64,000 bases of DNA from Tubulanus polymorphus (lineage: Eukaryota > Animalia > Nemertea), in the NCBI RefSeq assembly GCF_964204645.1, contig NC_134026.1:519950-583949 (forward strand), written 5' to 3'. The notes under the pieces are model-generated. The model was not told the origin of the DNA and ran no database searches. It saw nothing but the letters and a program-made list of their open reading frames with translations. Shown here one piece after another: positions 1 through 13,968 of the stretch; position 1 is the stretch's first letter; each line of letters starts with the position of its first letter. The translations under genes were made by a program, and so were the position numbers.

Positions 1-90
1 GTCTTTGTGCATCGTCCACATGTGAAACATTCAAAAACATTTCGAAATAACTTATGATTTTGTAAAACCATGGAAATATACAATTTTATA

Positions 91-249
91 TAGAGGAACC
101 TCGTTAAAATGACCATTTCATTAGTTATTACAAATCTTGAATCTGTCCCAAATAGGACACAATTTCAATGATTTCATCCCAGTTATAACAATGATTTATA
201 ACGAATAGATTTTCTGTTTCCTATCATTCGTTGTAATGAGGTTCCGCTG
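91..249. mobile_element. Short MITE, Tc1/mariner-like (TA-flanked)
   Basis: Imperfect terminal inverted repeats tagaggaacctcgtta / taatgaggttccgctg with TA on both sides; no coding capacity. Confidence 0.5.
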
Positions 250-1400
250 TAGGTAGTTTCAGTTATCGGTAATTCTTATTGTCAGTAATTTTGGGTGTCA
301 ATTTTGTCGCTTATTTGCTATGGTAGAAATCTTTTGAGACCAAGGCCCAGTTGAACAGTCCTGAGTGAAGTTCATAAAGTGGTCTGAAAGTTAAATTGGC
401 TTCAGAACTAAGATAGTCTTAAGCTGGAAGCCATGACTGCAGCTGGCTCCTGGTTTACATGTAGATCGTTAGCCTTTTCTAGTAACTTGAGTTTAAATCT
501 AAACCAACTCCTTGTTTACGAATGGTGTTTACTGGAACAGATATTGAAATTAATTACTAGCTGATATTTTCAGGTTTGATCTATTGAAAATGTCAGTCTA
601 GTATAGCAGGTAGTTTTCCGATGTTGTTGAATCATTTCACAAGTTTATATTCAGTCATAGGCTTATGAACAATAATGATTGATATTACGTACGAATATCG
701 AGGGTATTTTTGACGATGTTAATTTTCCCACCTCCTCAAATATTTCATTGTAGATTTATCGCTTTCACAGCATTGTATGATATGTACTTAAATGATGTAA
801 TAGAATAAATTATTTGATGATTCTTAACCCTTAAATCAATGAGTTTAGTTTTCTGTATGAAGAGGAAACTAGTATACATCTCCAGTCACGTCAGTCCAGT
901 TTCCAGCATCCAGAGACCTCTTAGAAATTAACAATTAAAATTCCGCTAGGGGACCATATGGTACTGCCACCTAACGCATGTGTTGTTTCTGTGAACTAAG
1001 ATGGGTTCGAAACTGGGGCATCCTCGTCTTATCATTTATAATTCAACCTCCAGATGATGTCCACCCCAATCAGATTATAAGAGCCCAAACAAATAAACAA
1101 TGAGGTTCAAATAATAAATAGAAGAGTTTTGTTAAGATAAATCCAACTTTATTTACACACTTTATTTTCACACATGATTTTTCCACTACAGCAATGCTCG
1201 TTTATCCAATATATGTGTTGTTCACAAGAGAGCTGTAATACAGTAATGGGTTTGCACCGGCTTGCTTCATATCTATGACCCGTTGTTTTGACAAATCTTC
1301 GACAGTTTTATTTTCATTTAAAATAAAGTTTGGTCATTGATTATCTATCTAGGAACCTATAAATTCTAGAAGCGGTTCTACGATGTGTGGAATGCGGTAA

Positions 1401-2760
1401 CTACGAGGCGTCGCTGATAACACCCACTAGAGCCGGTCTGATCGTACGACTATGTAATTTATAACCTATTTTACTGACAACAGCGACCGTACCGGGCTCT
1501 TTATCCGGTGATGGCTGCTGGAATAAAGCTTCGTGAACGTAGGGGTCGAATTTTTCACCGGCCGATGGATTTATCTGCTCTAAACCGTGACGCGTAAAAA
1601 CTTTATGTAATTGCGTATCCGTCATAACGAGTCCTTCGTATAAATTCTTCAAGTGCGGATTCGAATTAGTGATCTCTTCTTTCGGTATGCTCTCCGTCGC
1701 TTTACCTAAAATATCGGCGACTTCCAGTAAATCTTTACAGAATCCTTGGATTCCGAATATTTTCGCGTCGTCCGCTTGTTTTTTCATTCTTTGACGAACG
1801 TTTTCCGTCTCGGCCAAAGCTCGCTTGTATTTATCCTGAAATAAGAAATCATCCACAGTTCGTAGTTAAGTCAAACAGAATGAAAAAATGAAGCAAAACT
1901 TCATAAAAATAGTTTCTAATAACCTCAACTTCTTTAATGCTATTCATGAGTTTCTCTTTTTCTTCTGTTAAAGTCTGTTCTCGCTCGCTGACATGTGACT
2001 CCGGTGCCGCCTCCGATGACGCCGAATCTGTCGATGTTTGTTCTGATTTTTCATTGCTTTCGGTCGCCGTGGTGCTGTACGAATAACACCCCAGTCTTAA
2101 ATATATAAAATCATTCGTTCAAGTCTGATTTAATATAATATACGACAACATTAAATTCTGTGAAGAACGACCAACAGATGTTCATTGTTGAAATTTGGAA
2201 GTTATTTTGTTGACATTTATCAAATTATTTCTTGTCAACGAGATGATAAATAGCACTTTAATTAAAGCTAGCGTATTCTATTCATCTTTACAGGGAGTCA
2301 TATTTGCCCAAGTTCTATCTGAAATACTAGAGTAAGGTTGGATCTAATTGGTGTCACTGTCAACTACGATTCCATTCTCTCTGCCTGACTGATTCATCAG
2401 CGATATGTTTGTTTCTCACACTCGCCGCAGTCTCTTTCAGGGTGGATTGGAAATCTGATGTTAGCCACCAGTAGAGTTTGTTTGTTATTCCCAAACTGGA
2501 ATAAGTTCAATCAAACTTGCTTATGTAATACCGCCTCCGATGACTGATCGTAATAAATTCAATTTGCAATTGGATTTGATTGCCGGGTGACTAAATACGG
2601 TGATTATTTGAGATTTAGGCCAGTTTTAAATGTCATTTATGAATCAAAAATATCGTTTATTTCGTGAGAAACATTTTTATTACCTCTGTGAATGTACTAA
2701 AGCAGCCCTAGAGGCAGTTATGCTTTTTAATAGATTTGCACATGCACGAATTGCAGCCAT
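1401..2760 (-). CDS. GRPEL1: Mitochondrial GrpE nucleotide-exchange factor for mtHsp70, 3 exons, 227 aa
   Basis: Exons 2684-2760, 1924-2095 and 1401-1835 join in frame with GT-AG junctions (684 nt). N-terminus MAAIRACANLLKSITASRAALVHSQR resembles a mitochondrial presequence. GrpE motifs YKRALAETENVRQR, FCKDLLEVADIL, KFDPYVHEALF and GYKLHSRTIRPALVGV are present. Confidence 0.96.
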
Positions 2761-2925
2761 TTCCTGGTTTTAGTTTCGCCTTTTGCCACCAGATGGCAGC
2801 GGCTCGTGCGGAACATTGCGGAATGAAGATGCGGCACAGTCCGAGCTGCAGTCCAATACGTTCCCGGCTGAGTCCGGTTCTCGGTCAGATGTGGTGATGA
2901 AATGAGATGAAATAAAAATAATAAA
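2761..2925. promoter_or_regulatory. Compact bidirectional promoter GrpE/UCKL1 with CTCF-like motif
   Basis: Only 165 bp separate the divergent ATGs (2760 on -, 2926 on +). Locally CpG-rich. GCCACCAGATGGCAGC at 2785-2800 matches the CTCF core consensus. Confidence 0.6.
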
Positions 2926-5900
2926 ATGGCAGCGTTTGTTTTTGGTCCACTTCCAAGTTCAGCGAGCTCTGACAGGTAAAATACCCATTTACAAACGACG
3001 ATTTTATCTTCATTCATTGCTCTTAAACATCTTCTTTAATCTAAAATGTGAAACAGATTCGGTTAACAGTAAACAAGCTGCTTAATCAGCCCTTCTTCAG
3101 TTGAACATGTGAGCGTTTTTCAATTCAATCCAAAATTGGCGCTAACTAAGGCCTAATAACCAATTAGTAATTAATAAATGAGTGCCTAATTCTATATTTC
3201 TAATATTGTCATCATTGTCAATCAGAAGAAATGGCTTAAAAGCAGTAGTGGCAATAAGGGTTTAAATTTGCTAATCCAGCAGTTTTTGGTTTTTAATTCG
3301 TTGTTCAATTAGGCCTATTGTTAGTTAGTTACCTAATCGTTGGTGGTAAGCATTTTATAATCGGATGGGCTTATACCAACGTTAGGGACGACAAGGACCA
3401 AAACACGGTTGAAAAAAGTAACACTTCAAAAATATACTTTCTATTCACTTCAGTCCACAATTAATGGCTTTATTCACAAACTAACACAGGTACCTTTCGC
3501 AATAATCCAATTTTATGTATGTTTCGAGTGATTAGTCAACATTATTTTGAGAAATTAATCAATTTCTCCACAAATTTCGCCATTGGCCGCCATTTCTCTG
3601 TATTGCACATGTGGCATGATAAGACAAGGGGACCTACAAGGATTTATATAAAACTCTCAAGACGAAACGACAATTTTTATTTTTGATGGTTTTCCAACTT
3701 TTATTTCAAATCTTCGTGTTTTCCATAACAAATAATGAAATAATAAATTTCTGGTAAAAGAAAAATGTGAATAAGTGTTGATTTCTTAATTTTTTTTTAA
3801 TTTCGTCGTTTCGCTTTGTTAGTTTGTGCTGTTGTCATGGCCTCAGTCCACAGGTGCCAGCACCTCCAGTAATTTTCAAAATGGCAGCTGTTGACTGGAC
3901 GGAAATTTACTCTCACTTTACGGCCGATTTGCACATGGATTAAGATCGTCAGGTGAGGTGTTATAGGTATCAGACAAACAACGAATCTGTTGTGCGTCGA
4001 TTACAACAAAAATTAGACAGATATCTTAAGAGACAATGAAATGCCAGGCAAATTACTCGTCAGTCAAATTGGCTGACGAAGATTTCATACAAAAATGACC
4101 TTCCCATTCCTGACTGTGGTTTGTGAAAATATCCGATTGTGAAACTAAACCACAGACAGGTTACTGACTAGCCTATTGTGTGTGTGTGTTCGTTTTCAAT
4201 CTTATGCATAAGAATAATTCCTAGTTTCATCAAATTCATAATCGGTATTTTGAGTCTATTGTACTTCAAATGTCTGCATTATCTGCATAGAAGTGTGAAA
4301 ATAACTAGCATTTACTATCATCCTTTGTTTAAACTGTTAAAAAGAATGTCATTGTGGCTTTTTTCAGTACCTAATGTCATTTCCACTGACTGTTTTTTTT
4401 CCTACATTTGTGTATGTGCAGGATTGAGTGGACAAAGACAAAAGAGTGTGAACTGTTGTTGGTTGTGTTGAGAAAGGCATATACTCATGACCTGACCACT
4501 GACCTGGAAAACTGGGGCAATCAGAAAAATCTAGGAAAAAATCAGGGAATTATGACAAATTTTGCCAAAAATTCAGGGAATTTGAATTGGGTCTATGTTA
4601 TTGACCACACATTTCTTTATCAATATTTGATTCATAAAAAATGAATTCTGTGTTTAGGCCATATCTAAAAAAACTCAGGGATTTTTTTAATTGGTGGAAA
4701 GTCAGTGGCGCCATCCCATCTTATTATTCAGTCCCAAATATTATCGTGTTAGAATCTTGAAATGATCATCTGACAAATGATTAGATTCCAAGGAATCATG
4801 ATTTCATGAGCTGCAAAGGTCTTATAGTCTAGAAGAAGTGTTAGGATGACTATTTTTTCAGCTTCAATTATAAAGTTTTGGGCTTGGAGTAATTATCTTG
4901 GCTCCAAGGTTAGGGTAGGATTAGTTAGTTACCTAAGTGTTGATGGCAAGCTTTTATAATCAGATGGGGTTATACTGTGAACTAGGGTAGGGGAAACTAT
5001 TGATGAAATCATACAGTATTAACTCACAACTGCTTAATTTTTCTGCCTAATTAATCATCTGTCAAATAGAAAAATCTCCATGAGGATCAATATTGGCTTC
5101 CAATAGCTGCTTCTCAGAGATAAAATATATCTTCATTACTTCAGTGTATTTATTAAATTGATTTAAATTTTGAATAGATTAAGCAGTTATAGTCATTTTT
5201 ATGGAACTCAGAATACGTTTATTCTTCTCAATTGATATAAAGATAATGCACTGTAGTAGTCAATGTACAGAGGGTAAACAGCTGGTTTTAAAAACATTGA
5301 ATTGATGATGGATAAAACTCTACCTTATAAATCAATATATGATCATTTAGAACTAACTGTGTATAGTGTGTGGTGTATAGTGTGTGCGACAGTAAGCAGG
5401 CTCACCGCAGTATGGGGTAAATTTCTGTTAACGTCATCAAAATTCCATTGAAACCTTTCTATTTAAATCAGCTTTTTGAGAAAAATTTCTTTGAGAATAT
5501 TTTGACCAATTTATGAAATCGGAATTCATCAACAAACTGTATATAAAGAAGGCCTGACAGTATTATTGGTAGTTTCTGGTAGGTAGGCCTATCACTTTGA
5601 GTGAAAGGAATTCCCTAAATTTGATTCCCTTAAAAAAACATGAGGGTTGGTAATTATGTGTCCTGAAACCTTATCACTTCACATCTTGTATTTAGGAACC
5701 CCTGAGCAACAAGCAGCAATTCTTTTCACAATTCTGCCCTTTAATTTACACCAAATTCTTTAACGCAGTCAGTGATTATATGAAAATAATGTATGGATAC
5801 ACCATAGTGTCCTTGGATACACTAACAAAGGCCTATTGATTCTAAGATGAACGTTGAATTCACGGGTTGGAATTTGGGCATTTTAGATGCACTGCCAAAT

Positions 5901-8900
5901 CACTGCTGGTATCATATATCGCTGTGGATGTCCTAAGCAACTCACAGCAATTTGATTTAATGATGATTCAGATCTTTAGACGAAATTTTGAAAAATGTTA
6001 TAATTATTAAAACACATTAAAGATATGTGAATGACGTTTTGAAGAAACTGAAAGCAAAGACCGAAAATCTTGACTTGTTGATATCACACCCCCATTTTAT
6101 CCAATCGATGCCCTTTCGTTTCTGAACTAATAAGATTAAAGAATTTAGACTTTATCTTTATAAGTTTTGAAATTCTTAGAAGATCGCGTAACTATTGTTA
6201 TTTTTTTGTAGCCAGTATTTATCTGATATTTAATGTAGGTTATTATAAAGTCAGCAGTCTAGTGTGAAATGTCATTAGTTAATTCCTGAATAGCGTTCAG
6301 TGTAGGTTCATTCATACGGTATAGGGCAGGTCTAGGCACTGTATTTCCTGGCTGTAGTGTATGTACACTATATATATATAACGCAAGCAGGAATTACTGC
6401 GATAGTTTGTTGTTGTGAAGTACAGTTTACTCCATCGAAATCATGGATGATTTATCAGTTCTCAATTCGACTAAATATCACAGACATTTCATACGGCGCT
6501 GTAGATCACAATCCGATGCCGTCGTTCAGTCTTATAAGTTTTTATCGTTCGGTGAATTCGGTTTAAAACATTTCTTGTCGAGGTTTGTGTTATTAGTTTG
6601 TTTGTTTGTTTATCTGATATTTAAATTCTCCGAGATCATTTTGCCAGTTTGTCCGAAGATCAGATCCGGGTTGTGTTCGATTAATTAACATCTTTATCTA
6701 AATCTACTGTAGTATCTTATGAAGTATTTGTGAAATAGTGGAAATCAGTTTGGAATAATCACGGAACCAGAGTAAAACAGATGTTAAAACTCATGAAATT
6801 AGATCGGTCACGGACACTTTAAACCCTGCACTTTTTTTGTCTGAATATTTGATAGTTCTGAGATTTAATTAGTAGATCGACGCCGCTATGCGTATATATC
6901 TAATGATCGATGTAAAATGACACTCAACAGAAATATGTAATTAATTCCATGATGAGAATGTTGATTGTTTTGTGTATAATTTCAGTGGAAGTGGTGATGA
7001 TATCGAGGGAAACAATCAAGAATGCGGCAGTCCGCCGAAGAGTCCGATGAAAACTCCGCGAAGTCCGGCGAAAAGCCGACCACGAGCGAAGAGTACGGCG
7101 TCGCGTTTAATACAGGAGCCAGTCGTACAGTCCGGGTCGCGTACTATCTATACAGCCGGGCGTCCTCCGTGGTACGATACATCCGGACAACTCACTAAAC
7201 CATTCGTTATCGGTAAGTCCTCGCACATTCCTCAAATCCCTCATTCATTTCAACAGGGTTCATATACAATGGGGGGGGGGGAAATACTTAAAATGAAAAT
7301 TAGTGAGATATTTGTATAAAACTAATTTGAAATCCCTTGAAATGTTTCCTAAAGCTAATATTTATTCGACATTTCAACTTTAAACTAATAGGCTTTGTCA
7401 TCTTCAGGAATATTGTAAATATTATTCATGACAACAAAATAAGTAGATATTGAATCATTAAGCGACTAATTTGTGGATAAAATGTGATAGAAACTAGGGT
7501 TGATATACTGAATAGTATTGTAACAGTTACAAATAAAAAAAAAGACAAATTTGTATATTAAGTTGATTCGTTGTCAGTTGTCTTGTAAATAACGAAGTTA
7601 ATTTCACTGTGTCATTAAAAACAACGGTGTATAATTTACAGGTTTATGCGGAGGCAGTGCATCGGGTAAAACTACCGTAGCTCGGATGATTATAGAAGAT
7701 TTGAACGTACAATGGGTTAGCTTACTGAGTATGGATTCATTCTATAAGGTATAAACATGTTTCACTCTCTCTGTACTTGAACTCCTTACGACTATAGAAT
7801 ATGTTATACCAGTATATCAGTAAAACATATTGTACCGATATATCAGTAAAACATACCAGCATATCGGAAACTATTTTAAAGGTCACCACAGATATGCATA
7901 GTTCAAAACGTAGATATTGAAAAATATGATGATTATTTACACGTTGATTTATTGCCCATTGTTAAACATGCGGGAGATAGTTAAACCCACAAATACACGC
8001 TGCCCTCTAGGTAGATCAGATTTCATCTTATCCCGTGATTATTTTCAGCAAATTCAAAACAAAATCTGGGCCCAGTTTTATTAATGGGATTAATTCGATT
8101 TAAGACAAATTCAATCAACATTGAAGAAATTCGATCAATACTTTAACCTTTTTTGTGATCCAAGAATACAATGTTAATCCTTATTTCTCGAGCTGTGGTG
8201 TTTAATAGATACAATTGTATTATCATTGAGTTTCATTTATCATTCAGGTTTTGACCGCCGAGCAGCACGTTCTAGCTCAACAGAACAGATATAACTTCGA
8301 TCATCCAGACGCGTTCGATTTCGACTTGTTGAAGAAAACTTTACAACGATTGAGAAATGGAAAAAGTGTCGACGTTCCGGTTTATAATTTCACAACTCAC
8401 AGTAGAGAGAAACACATGGTACGTTAGAGAATTTAGAGAATTTGATTATTGGGTCAATTTGACAGGGTCCCTACAACTCCTTGAATCCTTGAAAACTCCT
8501 TGATTTTGAAAATATTTTTCAAGGTCCTTGAAAATCCTTTAATTTTGAGAAATATCCATAAACTCCTTGAAACTCCTTAAATTCTGGGAAAGTCCTATTA
8601 AAAATTTTCAAAAGGTCCTTTTCAGAAGACAATGTATTCTATTATTCTTCATTGTGTGACTTGTGAGTGAAAGTTGTTTCACTTTGAGATTTAAAACATT
8701 TAAACATGTAAAACCAAAACGGCACACACAACAACTGATCAAAATTTGAGAAAAACATGGATTTTGTTTTTGAATTTTCGACTTTTTTTCCTTATATATG
8801 ACCGCGAAAACCTCCTTGAATTTTGAAAATTACTCCTTAAAAAGTCTTGAATTCTGGATACCAGGAATTGTAGGAACCTTGTTTGAGATAATTGGCAAAC

Positions 8901-11900
8901 ATGGATGAAGTTACAATACAATTCCATTGTCACTATGGCATCCTCCACCAGGACCCAGTTCCACAGTTGCGAGTTAGAGTTAACTCTGAGTTGAGTTCAT
9001 TTTCAATGAGTTAACTCACTGTTAAATCTTAAATCGGAACTGTGGAACTGGACCCAGGGGCTGCAGTTGCTCAAAACTTGGTTAGAGTTAACCGGTGGAT
9101 ATTTGACAAAGTGACAATCAAAGTTCATCATTACTATGGTATTTATCAGCCGGTTATCTGTAACCATCTGGCCCCAGTTCATTAACCCTTTAAGCAACTG
9201 GCCGCTGAACAACAAAAGTTGACCTTTTAATTTACGAAACTCCCCTCCTTTCACAAATCACAGGATATTCATCAAATTATTTTCATGATTTTTTGCAGAA
9301 ACGAATTTACGGCGCGAATGTCGTTATATTTGAGGGAATAATGACATTTGTTCACAAAGATTTACACGAGGTTAGTATTTTATTGAGATGAACATTTCAG
9401 GAGAATATCTGAATAAGATTTTATCCAACCGGTCGTATTTCATGGTTTCTGTATTTCGTGGTTTCTGTATTTTCAAGTTGATGGATCTGAAGATATTTGT
9501 CGATACGGACGCCGATATCAGATTAGCTCGTAGATTAAAACGTGATATAATGGAACGAGGACGCGATTTAAACGGTGTTTTACAGCAGTATCACACGTAC
9601 GTTAAACCAGCGTTCGAACATTACATCGCTCCAACGATGAAAGACGCCGATATCATCGTACCTCGCGGAGCCGAGAATGAAATCGCTGTTAATCTAATCG
9701 TACAACACGTTCATAATCAATTAGAACAGGTTCGTAATCAGACCAGACTTCGGTTTCACGAAAAAGTTTAACGAGTTCAGTCTCTGCTAGTTTTAAATGA
9801 GGACAACAATTCAAACTTAACCGTTTTAAGTGACCAATTGTGGACCCTCCCATGGCTATGTACATACTCATGGTTCCCACACAACAGGGAAATTGGGAAA
9901 AAACTTGGGAAATTTGAAACAATAATCCCCGGTTTGGAAATATTTGGGAATTTGAAAAATTTTCCTCAAATCAGGGAAATATTTGGGAAATTCATTAGAT
10001 TTCACATATTGCATTTGCCAAGAGCAACTTTCTTCAGCAATTTCCCTTGAAAATCATATTGATCAACCAGTCACCGCTAAAATGTTGACTGTAGAATGAC
10101 AATATGTGTTGATTGCCATTTGAGAAAAATGAAAAATCACCAATGAAATACTTGGGGAAAACTTTGGAATTTTGAATTCATATAACTGTGGGAACCATGC
10201 ATACTGAATGGCTCGTTATATCATGCTTCTTCCTAGGGTTAGGTTAAACTTATAAGTAGTAGTCAACGCAATATATTTCATTCTAATCTAACTGACTGTT
10301 TATTTCAGAGAGGATTCAAATTCCGATCTCAATTAGCGTCTGCTCATCACGGTCAGAAACTACCGGATACGTTACACGAGTTGGAGAAAACTCCTCAGAT
10401 TCGTGGCCTGCACACGTTCATCCGGAATAACGATACGCCGAGAGATGAGTTTATATTCTATTCAAAACGATTGATGCGTTTACTGATCGAGTATGCGCTA
10501 TCGATGTTACCGTTTAAAGAAGTTTCCGTTCAGACGCCGCAGGGAGGTGATTATAAGGGCAAACGACTCGATACAAATATGGTAGGTTCACAGGGTGGCC
10601 ACTCGGTACCTGGAAATCAGGGAAAAGTTGGGCAATTTTCTTTTCTTTAAAAATTTCTTATCTTTAAAATCTGTGTCTTACGTATTTAACTGTTAATTGA
10701 TTGGATACTTAGCAGATCAAGTCAGGGAAAACAATGTGCGTGTCAGGGAATAATCTGGGAAAAACAAGTCAAATAAAAGTGGCCACTCTACTGTATTTCC
10801 TCTCATAATGCCGTTTATCTTAAATCGATTTAGGAGTTTAATCCATTTTGTGAAATAGGATCCTGTGCAGCGTAACTGAGTTAAATATTATATCAAAATC
10901 TATTTCACAGCTATGCGGTGTATCGGTGTTAAGGGCTGGGGAAACTATGGAACCGGCTTTATGCGAAGTTTGTAAAGATATACGTCTAGGAAAGATTTTG
11001 ATCCAAACTAACGTCGAATCTGGTGAACCAGAGGTAATCTTTTAAATTACGTTAAAACTCTTGAACATACGTAACCGGTAGGTCAAGCCTTGAGCAGTTG
11101 AATATAATCCGTTCTTAATTTTCAGTTGCATTATTTACGTCTGCCAAAAGAGATAAAAGATGGAATAGTGATATTAATGGATGCGACTGTAGCTACTGGA
11201 GCTGCAGCGATGATGGCTATTCGTGTTTTACTCGATCACGACGTCCCTGAAGAGAATATTATACTGTTATCAATGCTGATGGCTGAACAAGGTATGTTAA
11301 AGACTTTCTATAAAAATCTATTCTATGACCCAGAAACTCAGAAAACTCTCGAATGAATGAGGGAAAACTCGGGGGCCAGTTTTGTATACTGAAATTACCT
11401 GGGGGTTTACTCAAATTGAGTTAGCCCCTAGTTCCAGGGAATTTGATGACATTTGCCAAAACCTGGGAAACTCATAGTATTAGAAAAATATAGTCAAACA
11501 TAATGGGAAAACTTGGGGGATTTTGTAAATGGTGGAAAGAGACCACTCTGTATAATTTCATTCACTATAGAAGGATAGATATTGGTGCTCCATATACCAG
11601 ATATATCCCTGTATCAAATAGTAACAGTAAGAATGAATTTGTTTCAGGTGTTCATACTTTAGCTTACGCTTTTCCGAAAGTAAAAATTGTCACAACTGCC
11701 GTAGACAAAGAAATCAATGATCAGTTTCATATTATACCGGGTATAGGTAAGTACGCTAACTCCTAGAGGGCGCTAGCCTAAATTAAACATTGTCAATTTT
11801 GATGAAAAGAATAATCTACGTTACAATCCTAGAGCCTTTGATTTGGAACCTTCTTTCGTTTGTATTTCAGGTAATTTTGGCGATCGATATTTTGGTACAG

Positions 11901-11938
11901 AACCCGAAATAGACTCTGATTTCGATTCAGAAATGTGA
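2926..11938 (+). CDS. UCKL1: Uridine-cytidine kinase-like 1 (UCK domain plus UPRTase-like domain)
   Basis: Exons 2926-2975, 6986-7212, 7642-7748, 8248-8418, 9299-9370, 9478-9729, 10309-10581, 10911-11033, 11126-11291, 11648-11746 and 11871-11938 are phase-compatible. Motifs: [13 protein letters not shown]-loop [61 protein letters not shown] and [13 protein letters not shown]. Confidence 0.96.
3321..4172. mobile_element. Non-autonomous DNA transposon (~850 bp) in UCKL1 intron 1
   Basis: Terminal inverted repeats ttagttagttacct / aggttactgactag. The left ~115 bp and the right-end gtggtttgtgaaaatatccgat block recur fused together at 18084-18239; a left-end fragment recurs at ~4921-4976. Confidence 0.6.
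8463..8882. mobile_element. MITE with CAGGG-type TIRs and internal ccttgaaa repeats
   Basis: cagggtccctaca ... tgtaggaaccttg inverted ends; internal tccttgaaa repeats; intronic. Confidence 0.55.
9869..10199. mobile_element. MITE (catggttcccaca TIR, gggaaa-rich interior)
   Basis: catggttcccaca ... tgtgggaaccatg perfect 13-bp inverted ends. Confidence 0.6.
10591..10789. mobile_element. MITE (cagggtggccact TIR, cagggaa repeats)
   Basis: cagggtggccact ... agtggccactct inverted ends; a similar element occurs at ~60269-60514. Confidence 0.55.
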
Positions 11939-13657
11939 TTATTTAGTTGCGTGTGTGTCATGTATAGATTTATCAAAAAGATCTCATCTGAGGGGGTGGA
12001 GAGATATCTGAGAGTTTGTGTGAAACCTGATGATAAAATTATTTACTTTAATGATAAACTTTTAATGTAAACTTTAAATGTAATTTAACTCTCAAAATGC
12101 AGAACTAAAACCAAATTCATTAAGTCTTCTGTATGCTTGATGGTCTGAAGTACTGTGTATTTCTTTCTTAATGTCCTTGGTTCAGGATTTGTAGCATTTA
12201 TTCCTCTTTTATTGAGGGAATTATTGTTGATAGAAGTAGCAATCTTTGTTTATTACACTTGTAAATAATCATGTTTTGTTACGATGTGCTAATAAAAAAT
12301 GAAATATGATGTAAAGAATGCATTTCCGTTGTTATTGTCTTTACTCAATGATCACAGGAACTTGCTGGATGCGAGAGGAGGTCCTCGGTTTGGAGTCTCT
12401 ATATTTTGGTGGGGGATCTGAGGAGTTTCTAGTGTTGACTGATACACAAACCCTCTATAGGCACAGCATCTATCGAATATTGTCCCCGATACACAGTAAA
12501 CCTTGCCTTACTCAAACATGGCTTACTCGCACCTAGACCAACCAACTCATACACAAATGAAATCATGTTTTTCTGACTTCCTAACGTACTTTCCTATCCT
12601 TAACTCGGACTTAGCTTACTTTACCTTGGACCAATAATGCTAGTCCCAGTTTGTGCGAATTAGACAAGGTTTGCTGTATCTAGGCACTTTCCAACAACGA
12701 GGACACAAGAAACTAAAGCGTGTTGCACTCGTGTTATATTCTTTGTTGACAATTTTATCACGAACTCTGCTGAAGTACTTCGCTTATCGGCTTTTTGAGT
12801 ATTTTTGATAACAAGAACCGGATTTATTGGGTTTGTTGTTTTCAACGGGCAGACTTTTCAAATGAGCAATGCATGAGCAGGAATTGAGAATTGGTAAGCT
12901 CACAGACACGTGTTGAAAATAAAACCTACGTCGATGAGGATTGAATGACACTAAATGAACTCAGGTAAATTTACTGTGATGGTTATCAATTATTTATTTA
13001 TAAAATACTACACTTTACAACTCAATAAATTTATAAGTATATTTCAATTGACAAAAAAAACCAACTTTGCAGCTGATCAGCTCTACACTTCAATATCAAC
13101 ACGATCTCATGGATGAGTGAGTGAGGGACCCAATTCATTCAATCAGATCACTTTGTATATGTATATATATATATATTATAATGATATCTTTAAACACTGA
13201 TCAGTTTTACTGATCGTACAATTCATAATTTTTCATCTAATGTTTTCGTAGACTTGATTTTGAGTACGTCGTTTATTTTATACTCGAAATTCGATGTGAT
13301 ATTTTAGAGTCCTTGAAAACAATATACAATTTCCATTAAATATTCAACAATAAATAATAAGGATTCTTCAGTAATCGGACTTGTAGCCCTATTCCTGCAG
13401 GTATATAACACTGAAATAGTGAGAATGTGAAAATTAAAAAAACTGCCAAGAGCCTTGTTAAATATGGAGCCCTATCACTTGAATAACTTCTAGTCTAAGA
13501 TGCTGATAAAATTGATGTGCTTGAAACTTTTAAGGCTAATTACACAGAAACTGTCAACGTTCTAGACTCTGCAAATAGCGATATATTGTGGCAAGGTCGC
13601 GCAGGGTTACTGTAGTCATGTTTGTTATTACCACGCAGAAACTGAAAAATCTCAACC

Positions 13658-13892
13658 CTGTCAATATCCTCGGATAGATCGGACTCACAGTATCTCACAT
13701 ACTATGATATAAGTCTGAGATGGGATCTCGAAACTGTCAACATCCTTGGATAGATCGGACTCACAGTATCTCACATACTATGATATAAGTCTGAGATGGG
13801 GATCTCGAAACTGTCAATATCCTCCGATAGATCGGACTCTCATTATCTCACATACTATGATATAAGTCTGAGATGGGGATCTCGAAACTGTC
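13658..13892. repeat. Tandem repeat, 3 x 76-77 bp, in the probable RNF146 3' UTR
   Basis: Unit ctgtcaatatcctcggatagatcggactcacagtatctcacatactatgatataagtctgagatgggatctcgaaa starts at 13658, 13734 and 13811. Confidence 0.9.
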
Positions 13893-13968
13893 AAAAAATT
13901 TAAAATATCATCGCTGCAGGATTATTCATAGAACACAGATCAGTTTATCGATAATCGAGGTCGAATTA

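Noticed and set aside
2727-3017. 96-aa ORF across the GrpE/UCKL1 promoter
   Set aside because: Out of frame with GrpE exon 1 and antisense to UCKL1 exon 1; no domain similarity.
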